Source of the DNA: Trichlorobacter lovleyi SZ
Lineage (GTDB): Bacteria; Desulfobacterota; Desulfuromonadia; Geobacterales; Pseudopelobacteraceae
Assembly (NCBI RefSeq): GCF_000020385.1
Contig: NC_010814.1
Location: 810,001 to 842,000 of the forward strand
Length of the DNA stretch: 32,000 bases
Direction of reading: 5' to 3'
Under the pieces are notes generated by a model. That model was not told the origin of the DNA, made no database searches, and saw nothing but the letters and a program-made list of their open reading frames with translations. How positions within the stretch are numbered: position 1 is the stretch's first letter; every line of letters begins with the position of its first letter. This document shows positions 7,781-15,630 of this stretch, in pieces. Position numbers and translations under genes: made by a program.

Positions 7781-9250
7781 ATGGCCGCTGTTGATATCGT
7801 TCTGATTAACCCGGGTGACCGTAAACAGGTCTATCAGGGATTGGGGGTCGAACTGGCCGCCATCGAACCGCCCTTCTGGGTGGCGGTCATCGCCGCCTAC
7901 CTGCGCCAGGAGGGGTTCCGGGTGGCCATCATTGACGCCAATGCCGAGAACAGTGCGCCGGCCGAGACCGCTCAGCGGGCTGCGGCACTGCAGCCGCTGC
8001 TTTCCTGTGTGGTCGTGTATGGTTCGCACCCTTCCGCTTCAACCCAGAACATGACCATTGCCGGCGCCATCTGTCGTGCCCTGACCGCGGAATCGGCAGG
8101 CCGGGTGGCCCTGTCCGGGCTGCATCCCTCGGCACTTCCCGAACGGACCATGCGCGAAGAGGCGATTGATTTTGTGGTGGAAGGTGAAGGGCCGGATACC
8201 CTCCGGACACTGCTTGGCGAACTGGCCGCACCGGCCCCTGATCTGTCACGGGTGCCCGGCCTCTGGTACCGCGAAGGGGAGCTGCTCCGTTCCACCCCGC
8301 GGGCGCCGTTGATCAGCGATCTGGACCGTTACCTGCCGATCGCTGCCTGGGACCTGCTGCCGATGCATGTCTACCGTGCCCATAACTGGCACTGCTTTGA
8401 CGATATCGGGCACCGTTCTCCCTATGGGGCCGTCTATACCAGCCTCGGTTGTCCTTACAACTGCATTTTCTGTTGTATCAACGCCCCCTTCGGCAAGCCG
8501 GGGATCCGCTACCGTTCACCGGAACGGGTGGTGGAGGAGATCGCCCTGCTGGCCAATGACTACGGGGTCAAGAACCTGAAGATCGTTGACGAACTGTTTG
8601 TGCTCAAAGAGCAGCATTACATGGCCATTGTGGACGGGATCATTGAACGCGGGCTGGATCTGAATATCTGGGCCTATGCCCGGGTGGACACGATCAAGAC
8701 CGCCAACCTGGCCCGGATGAAACAGGCCGGGATCAACTGGCTGGCCCTGGGGATCGAGTCGGCCAGCCCGGATGTGCGCGACGGCGCCGACAAACGGATG
8801 CAGGCGCGCGATATCAAGGAGGTGGTCCGTTCCATCCGGGAACAGGGCATCAGGATCATCGGAAACTTCATTTTCGGCCTGCCGGATGATACCCGTGAGA
8901 CCATGGAGGAGACCCTGCAGCTGGCCATGGAGCTCAACTGCGAATTTATCAATTTCTACTGTGCCATGGCCTATCCCGGCTCCAGGCTGTATGATCTGGC
9001 CGTGGAACAGGGCTGGGAACTGCCGGTCGCCTGGCATGGCTTCTCCCAGCACGGCTACGACATGCTGCCGCTGCCTACCCGTACCCTGGCTGCCCGCGAG
9101 GTGCTGCAGTTCCGCGACGACGCCTTTCATCGTTATTTTGCCAACCCGGTCTACCTGGATATGGTGGAGCAGGCCTTTGGGGCCGGGGTCAGGGAACACC
9201 TGGTGGAGATGAGTGCCACCCGTTTAAAAAGAAAACTTCTGGGAAACTGA
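7781..9250 (+). CDS. B12-binding-domain radical SAM enzyme (class B rSAM; methyltransferase or rearrangement type)
   Basis: N-terminal Rossmann-like cobalamin-binding region (VAIIDANAEN...VVVYGSHPS). CxxxCxxC cluster in YTSLGCPYNCIFCC. Later radical-SAM core blocks (GIESASPDV, NFIFGLPDDT). Confidence 0.85.
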   Translation: MAAVDIVLINPGDRKQVYQGLGVELAAIEPPFWVAVIAAYLRQEGFRVAIIDANAENSAPAETAQRAAALQPLLSCVVVYGSHPSASTQNMTIAGAICRALTAESAGRVALSGLHPSALPERTMREEAIDFVVEGEGPDTLRTLLGELAAPAPDLSRVPGLWYREGELLRSTPRAPLISDLDRYLPIAAWDLLPMHVYRAHNWHCFDDIGHRSPYGAVYTSLGCPYNCIFCCINAPFGKPGIRYRSPERVVEEIALLANDYGVKNLKIVDELFVLKEQHYMAIVDGIIERGLDLNIWAYARVDTIKTANLARMKQAGINWLALGIESASPDVRDGADKRMQARDIKEVVRSIREQGIRIIGNFIFGLPDDTRETMEETLQLAMELNCEFINFYCAMAYPGSRLYDLAVEQGWELPVAWHGFSQHGYDMLPLPTRTLAAREVLQFRDDAFHRYFANPVYLDMVEQAFGAGVREHLVEMSATRLKRKLLGN

Positions 9251-9254
9251 AATC

Positions 9255-10526
9255 ATGCACAAACGTCAAATCCCCTTTGGGACCATCACCATTACAGAAT
9301 CAGCCAAGCGCCTGATCGTGGAATCGCTGGAGACCAAGCGGATATCCTGCGGCAAGCTGGTCCGTGAATTTGAAAACCGCTTTGCAGGACTGCTGGGTGT
9401 CAAGGAGGCGGTTGCCGTCAGCACCGGCACCGATGCCGACACCCTTGCCCTGGCCGTGCTGCATGACTTCGGCGCCCGGCGTGGCGACGAGGTGATTGTT
9501 CCGGCCCTCTCGTTTGTCGCCACCGGCAATGCCGTGCTGCATGCCGGCTTTACACCGGTCTTTGTCGATATCGAGCGGGAGACCCTGAATATTGATCCGG
9601 CCGGGATCGAGGCCGCCATTACCCCCCGTACCCGAGCCATCATGCCGGTGCATCTGATGGGCAAGCCGGCCGAGATGGATACCATCAACGCCATTGCCAA
9701 AAAACATGGCCTGCTGGTGGTGGAGGATGCCGCTGAGGCCCATGGGGCGCTCTACAAGGGGAAGCCGGCCGGCAGCCTGGCTGACCTGGCAGCCTTCAGT
9801 ACCTATGTGGCCCACATCATCACCACCGGTGAGGGGGGGGTCATTACCACCAACAACGAACAGTACGGCGAGATCCTCCGTTCGCTACGCTCCCACGGCC
9901 GGAACTGCACCTGCAAACACTGCATCATGAATACCGATACGGTGACCTATTGCGCCAAGCGTTTCCGGGGTGAAGGTGGCGAGGATGTCCGCTTCACCTT
10001 TGACCGGATCGGCTATTCCTGCAAGATGAACGAGCTGGAGGCGGCCATCGGCATCGGCGCCATGGAGGTGTACCACGAGATCCTGAAAAAGCGGCATGAC
10101 AACCTGCTCTACGTCCTGGAACGTTTCGACCGTTTTGCCCCCTGGCTCTCCACCATCAAGGAAGAGGCCCATGAACAGATCGGTCCCCATGCCATTCCGA
10201 TCATCATCAACGAAGGGGCACCCTTCAGCCGTGCCGATCTGACCCACTACCTTGAGCAGAACGGCATTGAGACCCGCACCCTCTTCGCCTCAATGCCGAC
10301 CCAGTGCCCCGGTTTTGCCTATCTGGGGTATCGGTTGGGGCAGTTTCCGAACGCTGAATATATGGGGCTCAACGGTATTCATATCGGTGTGCATCAGGAC
10401 GTGGGGATCGAGGATATGGAGTATGTCTTGACAATACTGGGACAGTTTCTTCAAAACTCGGGGCCTGACGGCTCCAGCAGGCCACAGCGGTCCTGGATGA
10501 GGACCGTTCAGGCATGCGCATCCTGA
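9255..10526 (+). CDS. RfbH/DdhC (E1)-like PMP-dependent sugar 3-dehydrase (DegT fold, catalytic Lys replaced by His, Cys cluster)
   Basis: DegT-fold blocks are present, but FSTYVAH(187)IITTGEGG has His where aminotransferases have Lys, as in E1 and ColD. RSHGRNCTCKHCIMNTDTVTYCAKRF (C218,C220,C223,C233) resembles the RfbH Fe-S region as I recall it ([21 protein letters not shown]). The last ~20 aa and the TGA stop lie in junction/repeat DNA. Confidence 0.8.
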   Translation: MHKRQIPFGTITITESAKRLIVESLETKRISCGKLVREFENRFAGLLGVKEAVAVSTGTDADTLALAVLHDFGARRGDEVIVPALSFVATGNAVLHAGFTPVFVDIERETLNIDPAGIEAAITPRTRAIMPVHLMGKPAEMDTINAIAKKHGLLVVEDAAEAHGALYKGKPAGSLADLAAFSTYVAHIITTGEGGVITTNNEQYGEILRSLRSHGRNCTCKHCIMNTDTVTYCAKRFRGEGGEDVRFTFDRIGYSCKMNELEAAIGIGAMEVYHEILKKRHDNLLYVLERFDRFAPWLSTIKEEAHEQIGPHAIPIIINEGAPFSRADLTHYLEQNGIETRTLFASMPTQCPGFAYLGYRLGQFPNAEYMGLNGIHIGVHQDVGIEDMEYVLTILGQFLQNSGPDGSSRPQRSWMRTVQACAS

Positions 10527-10540
10527 TCATCAAGATATAG
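10514..10540 (+). repeat. second decapitated heptosyltransferase start (8-codon ORF MRILIIKI*)
   Basis: ATGCGCATCCTGATCATCAAGATAT is 25/25 identical to 3086-3110 and 21/25 identical to the real GT9 start at 11789-11813. Followed immediately by TAG and AT-rich DNA. Confidence 0.6.
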
Positions 10541-10552
10541 CCTTTAGTTTTT

Positions 10553-10591
10553 ATGCAATATGAAGGTTTTGGTTGCGAATTGCATTTTTTT
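10553..10591 (+). terminator. weak terminator-like hairpin plus T-run
   Basis: ATGCAAT (10553-10559) pairs with ATTGCAT (10579-10585) and is followed by TTTTTTT. The stem is short and AT-rich with a long loop, so this is tentative. Confidence 0.3.
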
Positions 10592-10607
10592 GGCGTAGGG
10601 TGTCTCC

Positions 10608-11792
10608 ATGTTTGCCAGAACCATCACACCAACCCTGTTATCCCTTGCAACGGAATTTCCGGTTGTTACGATCACCGGCCCTCGTCAGAGTGGTAAGACA
10701 ACCCTGTGCCGTACAACCTTTCCCGATAAACCCTATATCAATCTTGAACAACCCGAAACACGGCAATTTGCCAAGGAAGATCCCAAGGGCTTCTTGGCGA
10801 CAATCCCTGATGGCGCTGTCCTGGATGAGATTCAGCGTGTGCCTGATCTCCTCTCGTATATCCAGGTGCTGGTTGATGATAAACCGGCGGCAGGCCGGTT
10901 TATTCTGACGGGCAGCCAGCAGTTTGAAGTGATGAATACCATCAGTCAGTCCCTGGCGGGCAGGACGGCGCTTTTAAAGCTGTTGCCACTCAGTATCGAA
11001 GAACTGACAACTGCGGGTGTTACTGCTTCTTCCAGTCAGCTCATTCTGAACGGGTTCTATCCCCGTATCCATAGCCAGCGGCTTAATCCGACGCGTGTGC
11101 TGAGTGACTATTTTGAGACCTATGTCGAGCGGGATCTCCGTCAGTTGGTCACGCTTAAAAATCTCGGCCTGTTTGAAAAGTTTGTTCGTTTGTGCGCCGG
11201 AAGAGTCGGGCAGCTTCTTAACCTGCAAGGGCTGGGGGCGGAAGTTGGCGTTTCCCATTCAACGGCACGCGAATGGTTGACGTTGCTTGAGGCCAGTTAT
11301 GTTGTGTTTCAGCTGCGACCCTGGCACAGCAACATTTCAAAGCGATTGATCAAGTCTCCGAAACTCTATTTCTACGATGTTGGGCTTGCAAGCTATCTGC
11401 TGGGGCTGGAAACTGAGTCGCAGGTGGGGCGTGACCCTTTACGCGGCAATCTCTTTGAAAATATGGCGATCATTGAGGCCCTAAAATATTGTTACAACCG
11501 GGGCAAAAAGGGGGCAGCCTCTTTTTACCGGGATAGCAACGGCAATGAAGTGGACCTGGTGATGGAGGTCGGGCCAGACCTGTTTCCCGTTGAGATTAAA
11601 TCAGCCGAAACCATAGTGCCGGAATTTTTCAAAGGGCTTGTATCGTTCTCGAAGATAGCCCCTAAAGTACTGCTTGGCGCTGGCCTCGTGTATGGCGGGA
11701 CAGAGCAGCAGAAACGTACAGCCGGAGAGGTCTGGCCGGTTACCAGGATGCATGAGATGCTGGATGGCGTCTATTGCCGTGAGACTGTATGA
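10608..11792 (+). CDS. AAA+ ATPase of the AAA_14/DUF4143 family
   Basis: FPVVTITGPRQSGKTTL Walker A in the characteristic N-terminal context, ILDEIQ-type Walker B (VLDEIQRVP), and a C-terminal DUF4143-like region (NGNEVDLV...VEIK). The stop overlaps the GT9 start (ATGA). Confidence 0.85.
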   Translation: MFARTITPTLLSLATEFPVVTITGPRQSGKTTLCRTTFPDKPYINLEQPETRQFAKEDPKGFLATIPDGAVLDEIQRVPDLLSYIQVLVDDKPAAGRFILTGSQQFEVMNTISQSLAGRTALLKLLPLSIEELTTAGVTASSSQLILNGFYPRIHSQRLNPTRVLSDYFETYVERDLRQLVTLKNLGLFEKFVRLCAGRVGQLLNLQGLGAEVGVSHSTAREWLTLLEASYVVFQLRPWHSNISKRLIKSPKLYFYDVGLASYLLGLETESQVGRDPLRGNLFENMAIIEALKYCYNRGKKGAASFYRDSNGNEVDLVMEVGPDLFPVEIKSAETIVPEFFKGLVSFSKIAPKVLLGAGLVYGGTEQQKRTAGEVWPVTRMHEMLDGVYCRETV

Positions 11793-12850
11793 AAATCCTG
11801 ATCATCAAGACATCTTCCCTGGGTGATATCATCCACGCCTTGCCGGTGCTGGAGTACCTCCGGCAGGCGGAGCCCGCTGCCACCATTGACTGGGTGGTGG
11901 ACGAGGCGTTTGTTGATCTGGTGTCCGGTAACCCGTTGATCAACCGTGTGCTGACGGTTGCCTTCCGGCGCTGGAAAAAGGCTCCCTTTGCCCGACGTAC
12001 CCGGCGGGAGCTGGTGTCGTTTATTCAGACGCTGCGGCAGGAACGCTACGACCTGATCTTTGATCTGCAGGGCAACCTCAAGAGCGGCCTGGTCTGCGCT
12101 TTTGGACGTGCCCCGCTGAAGGTCGGTTTCAGCAGGGCGCATCAGCAGGAACGTCTCAATGCCCTCTTTACAAACCGCAAGGTCGGCTTTCTTCCGCCGG
12201 ACAAAAATGCCGGCCAGCGTTACCTGCGAATTGTCAGTGCCCCCTTCGCCCTGCCCCCCGAGTCGGTTGTCCCCCATGGCGATATCTATACCTCCCCTGA
12301 GGACAATGCCCACGCACAGCAGATGATTGGTGGGGCGGCGGGGCACCCCCTGATGCTGTTTCATAACGGCACCACCTGGACAACCAAGCTCTGGCATGCA
12401 GAGGGCTGGAAGCAGCTGGCAGACGCCCTGCTGCTGCATTATCCGCAGGCCACAATCCTGCTGTCATGGGGTACTGCGGAAGAGCGCATGCTTGCAGAGG
12501 AGATTGCCCGCCATATCGGTGACCGTGCCGTTGTGCTCGGGAAGATGTCGCTCAAACAGTTTGTGGCGGTGTTGAAACGGGTTGATCTGGTGGTGGGGGG
12601 CGATACCGGGCCGATCCATCTGGCCGCTGCCGTGGGGACGCCAACCGTCTCCTTCTACCGTTGTACGGATGGCTCATTGAACGGGCCGCTGGGAAGAGAT
12701 CATATGATTGTGCAATCGCCATTGCCCTGTACCAAATGTCTGCGCAAGAGCTGCGAACGGGATGAGGAGTGCAGAAAGAGCATCAGCGTCAAGGCCATGC
12801 TGACCGCAGCGGAGTCCTGCCTTGACCATGGGAAAGCGGCAGCCCTGTGA
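11789..12850 (+). CDS. waaC: GT9 ADP-heptose:LPS heptosyltransferase, WaaC-like
   Basis: MKILIIKTSSLGDIIHALPVL, DWVVDE, AFRRWKKA, DLQGNLKS and VGGDTGPIHLAAAVG parallel E. coli WaaC blocks as I recall them. Confidence 0.8.
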   Translation: MKILIIKTSSLGDIIHALPVLEYLRQAEPAATIDWVVDEAFVDLVSGNPLINRVLTVAFRRWKKAPFARRTRRELVSFIQTLRQERYDLIFDLQGNLKSGLVCAFGRAPLKVGFSRAHQQERLNALFTNRKVGFLPPDKNAGQRYLRIVSAPFALPPESVVPHGDIYTSPEDNAHAQQMIGGAAGHPLMLFHNGTTWTTKLWHAEGWKQLADALLLHYPQATILLSWGTAEERMLAEEIARHIGDRAVVLGKMSLKQFVAVLKRVDLVVGGDTGPIHLAAAVGTPTVSFYRCTDGSLNGPLGRDHMIVQSPLPCTKCLRKSCERDEECRKSISVKAMLTAAESCLDHGKAAAL

Positions 12851-13854
12851 AGATCGCACTGGTCAGACTTTCATCCCTGGGAGACATCGTCCTCTGCATG
12901 GCCTCATTGCAGGTGATCAGGCAGGCCTTTCCCGACTGCCGGATCACCTGGGTCACGGATCAGAGGTTTGCCGGTCTGCTTGACTGCCAGCCGGATGTTG
13001 AGCAGGTCATCGCCCTTGATCTGAAGGGGATCAAGAAACGTCCCAGCTGGTCCGGTCTGGTCGCGCAGTTTCAGGCCTTGCGTTCCGCCGGTCCGTTTGA
13101 CCGGGTAATCGATCTGCACGGCATGATCAAGTCCGCGGTTGTCGGGTCGCTGCTGGGGGGCAGGCAAGACGGTTTTGCCAGATCATGCCGGAAGGAGTCA
13201 CTGGCCGGTCTTTGGTACCGCGAGGCCTATAGCATCCCCTATGACCTGCCGGCCACCGTGCGCTATACCCTGCTTGTCTGCAGGGCACTGGGCATCGCTT
13301 GCAGCCCTGCAGAGGCGGCGGCCTATCCGCAACGCCCGTACATGCATTGGCAGAAGTGTGATGAAGCGGTGCTGGAACCCTATCTGAGCGACCAGGCAAA
13401 AAATGTGCTGATTGTACCGGGAACCAGCGCGCCGAACAAGAATTACCCGCCGGAGCAGTTTGCAGCCGTGGCCAACCTGTTGAAGCTGAACCTGCTCGTC
13501 TGCCATGGCAATGACGCCGAGTATGCGGCTGCGCTGACCATTGCCGGGCATGCCCCCCACGTCAGGGTGCTGCCGCGGCTTCGCCTGGGGGAACTCAAGG
13601 CATTGGCCGGTCGCATGGATCTGGTGATTGGCGGCGATTCCGGGCCGACGCACCTCGCATTGGCCAGCGGCGTGCCGTCGATCACGCTGTTTGGTGCAAC
13701 GCCGGTCTGCTTTACGCCGGGTCTGCGGAACAGGGTGATCAAGACCGCTACGGTGCCGAATCTGCTGAAGCCGGACCCCCATGACCTTTCAGTGGCAGAG
13801 ATACCGGCCGGTCAGATTGCCGATCTGGCTGCTGAACTGCTTGCAGGGAGCTGA
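12847..13854 (+). CDS. second GT9-family LPS heptosyltransferase
   Basis: MKIALVRLSSLGDIVL, DLHGMIKSA and IGGDSGPTHLALASGVP. GTG start in a GTGA overlap with the previous stop. Heptosyltransferase I versus II cannot be decided by eye. Confidence 0.8.
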   Translation: MKIALVRLSSLGDIVLCMASLQVIRQAFPDCRITWVTDQRFAGLLDCQPDVEQVIALDLKGIKKRPSWSGLVAQFQALRSAGPFDRVIDLHGMIKSAVVGSLLGGRQDGFARSCRKESLAGLWYREAYSIPYDLPATVRYTLLVCRALGIACSPAEAAAYPQRPYMHWQKCDEAVLEPYLSDQAKNVLIVPGTSAPNKNYPPEQFAAVANLLKLNLLVCHGNDAEYAAALTIAGHAPHVRVLPRLRLGELKALAGRMDLVIGGDSGPTHLALASGVPSITLFGATPVCFTPGLRNRVIKTATVPNLLKPDPHDLSVAEIPAGQIADLAAELLAGS

Positions 13855-13858
13855 ACAA

Positions 13859-14587
13859 GTGCAGTCTGTACCTGGATATGAGCAGATTTTTTCCCGCACG
13901 TCACTGCTGATTGGTGATGCCGGACTGCGGCGCCTGGCTGCGGCGCGGGTGCTGATTGCCGGTGTCGGCGGGGTGGGCAGTTGCGCGGTAGAGGTGTTGG
14001 CCCGGGCCGGAATGGGACGTTTGACGCTGGTTGACAGTGATACGGTTCAGGTCAGCAATATCAACCGTCAGCTGCATGCCCTGACAACCACGCTTGGGCA
14101 GCCCAAGGTGAGGGTGATGGCGGAGCGGCTGCTGCAGATCAACCCCGGTCTGCAGGTGGTCCCGCTGCAGGAGCTGATTACTCCTGACAATGTCTCAGAT
14201 CTGCTGGAGCCGGGCTATGACCTTGTGCTTGATGCGATTGACAGCTTTGGCGCCAAGCTGGCATTGCTACAGAACTGTGTTGAATGTCAAATTCCGGTGA
14301 TTTCAAGCATGGGAGCGGCCGGCAAGCTTGATCCGACCCGGATTCAGATTGCCGATATTGCCGACAGCCAGGGCTGCCGCCTGGCCCGTAAACTGCGTAA
14401 GGAGCTGCGTCGCAGTGGTATTTCCACTGGTGTGACGGTGGTCTATTCCGATGAACCGTGCAGCCTCGAATGTCTGGGGGAGCCGGAGACGGAAGGAGAA
14501 CGTCGTCCGTTAGGCACGATCTCCTACCTGCCTGCTGCCTTCGGGCTGTTTATGGCCAGTGCCGCGATCAGGCGTCTACTTGGCTGA
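13859..14587 (+). CDS. tcdA: tRNA threonylcarbamoyladenosine dehydratase (ThiF/E1-like, TcdA/CsdL family)
   Basis: IAGVGGVGSCAVEVLARAG, LVDSDTVQVSNINRQ, MAERLLQINP and DAIDS follow E. coli TcdA closely. The track start 13781 overlaps the GT9 gene by 74 nt. The in-frame GTG at 13859 just after that stop is preferred. Confidence 0.85.
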   Translation: MQSVPGYEQIFSRTSLLIGDAGLRRLAAARVLIAGVGGVGSCAVEVLARAGMGRLTLVDSDTVQVSNINRQLHALTTTLGQPKVRVMAERLLQINPGLQVVPLQELITPDNVSDLLEPGYDLVLDAIDSFGAKLALLQNCVECQIPVISSMGAAGKLDPTRIQIADIADSQGCRLARKLRKELRRSGISTGVTVVYSDEPCSLECLGEPETEGERRPLGTISYLPAAFGLFMASAAIRRLLG

Positions 14588-15608
14588 GTGCTTCGCTACT
14601 TTCTACATGCATCTTTGATTCTACACCATTACGTCCCCGCTCCTTTACCAGATAGAGCGCCCTGTCTGCCCGCTGCAAAAGACTTTCCGGTGTGTCATCG
14701 GCATGGACTTCAGCTACGCCGATGGAGAGGGTTACCTTGAACTCGGTCCCATCCAGGATGAAACGGCTTTCACGGATATTGGTGCAGATTTTTTCAGCAA
14801 GTACCGTTGCCGGCTGCAGGCTGGCCTTGATCAGTATCAAAGCGAATTCGTCCCCGCCAAAACGGGCCAGAAAATCGCTCTCCCGCAGGGAGGCCTTGAT
14901 CTTGAATGCAACCCCCTTCAAGATCCGGTCGCCAGCCTGGTGGCCATGGCTGTCGTTGATGTTCTTGAAGTAATCAACATCAATCATCATCAGCGAGAAC
15001 GGCTCGTTGTAACGCTGGTGCAGCAGGATCATTTCCAGCAGTTTTTCATCAAAGTAGGCCCGGTTGGCCAGTTGGGTCAGGCCGTCAATCCGCACGGCGG
15101 TCTTCAAGGTCTCAATCTGTTCACGCTGGGTCGCAAGTATTGCCTGAGAACTGGCAAGTTCTCCCTTAAGCTCGCTGTTGCTGGCTATCACCCGGTCAAT
15201 TTCGGCAATCAGCAACGCATGGGCAGCAGCCAGGTCACTGGGCAGGCCGGTCTGATCTATTGTTGCCCGGACCTCGTTTAAGGCGTGGGAGGAGTCGCTG
15301 GCAGCCTGATCCGTCCGATTGATCACTGATGCCAGTGAAAGCAGGATACTGCGGATGGTCTGAGCCGAATCGCTGATTTGCTGTTCGCGCGGGTCAACCT
15401 GCCCGGCCGACGGTGTCTCCACCCCCCGCCGGGCCTTGGCAAGATCTGATCTTTTCTGGAAATAGTCGACAATGGCGCTGAACGGTGCGGTAACAATCTG
15501 TCCGATCAGGTCCAGCACGTAATTGATGCCGTCAGACTTCAGCATCCGTGCGAAGGGGTGCAGCATCAGTCCAACAAGCAGCCCTCCGCTGAAGATAAAC
15601 CAGGTCAT
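14568..15608 (-). CDS. membrane-anchored diguanylate cyclase (GGDEF domain with I-site)
   Basis: N-terminal hydrophobic segment, long coiled-coil, then DVDYFKNINDSHGHQAGD and RESDFLARFGGDEF (RxxD five residues before GGDEF). The 3' end overlaps tcdA by 20 nt (convergent). Confidence 0.9.
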   Translation of the reverse strand: MTWFIFSGGLLVGLMLHPFARMLKSDGINYVLDLIGQIVTAPFSAIVDYFQKRSDLAKARRGVETPSAGQVDPREQQISDSAQTIRSILLSLASVINRTDQAASDSSHALNEVRATIDQTGLPSDLAAAHALLIAEIDRVIASNSELKGELASSQAILATQREQIETLKTAVRIDGLTQLANRAYFDEKLLEMILLHQRYNEPFSLMMIDVDYFKNINDSHGHQAGDRILKGVAFKIKASLRESDFLARFGGDEFALILIKASLQPATVLAEKICTNIRESRFILDGTEFKVTLSIGVAEVHADDTPESLLQRADRALYLVKERGRNGVESKMHVESSEALSQVDA

Positions 15609-15630
15609 CGTCTGCTCTCCCGGAGGATAC

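Noticed and set aside
9255-10526. Calling this ORF a second DegT-type aminotransferase.
   Set aside because: The Schiff-base Lys position is His187, and a Cys cluster like that of RfbH follows. A dehydrase call fits better than a transaminase call.
10573-10908. 111-aa ORF overlapping the start of the DUF4143 ATPase in another frame.
   Set aside because: It is out of frame with a gene that has strong Walker A context, and its translation is Arg/Pro/Ser-rich with no motif.
3086-11813. Interpreting the repeat-flanked blocks as a transposon, integron cassette array or genomic island with its own recombinase.
   Set aside because: No transposase, integrase, terminal inverted repeats or attC-like sites were recognisable in the window. 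The repeats are gene-start fragments, which points to homologous or illegitimate recombination. A recombinase outside the window cannot be excluded.
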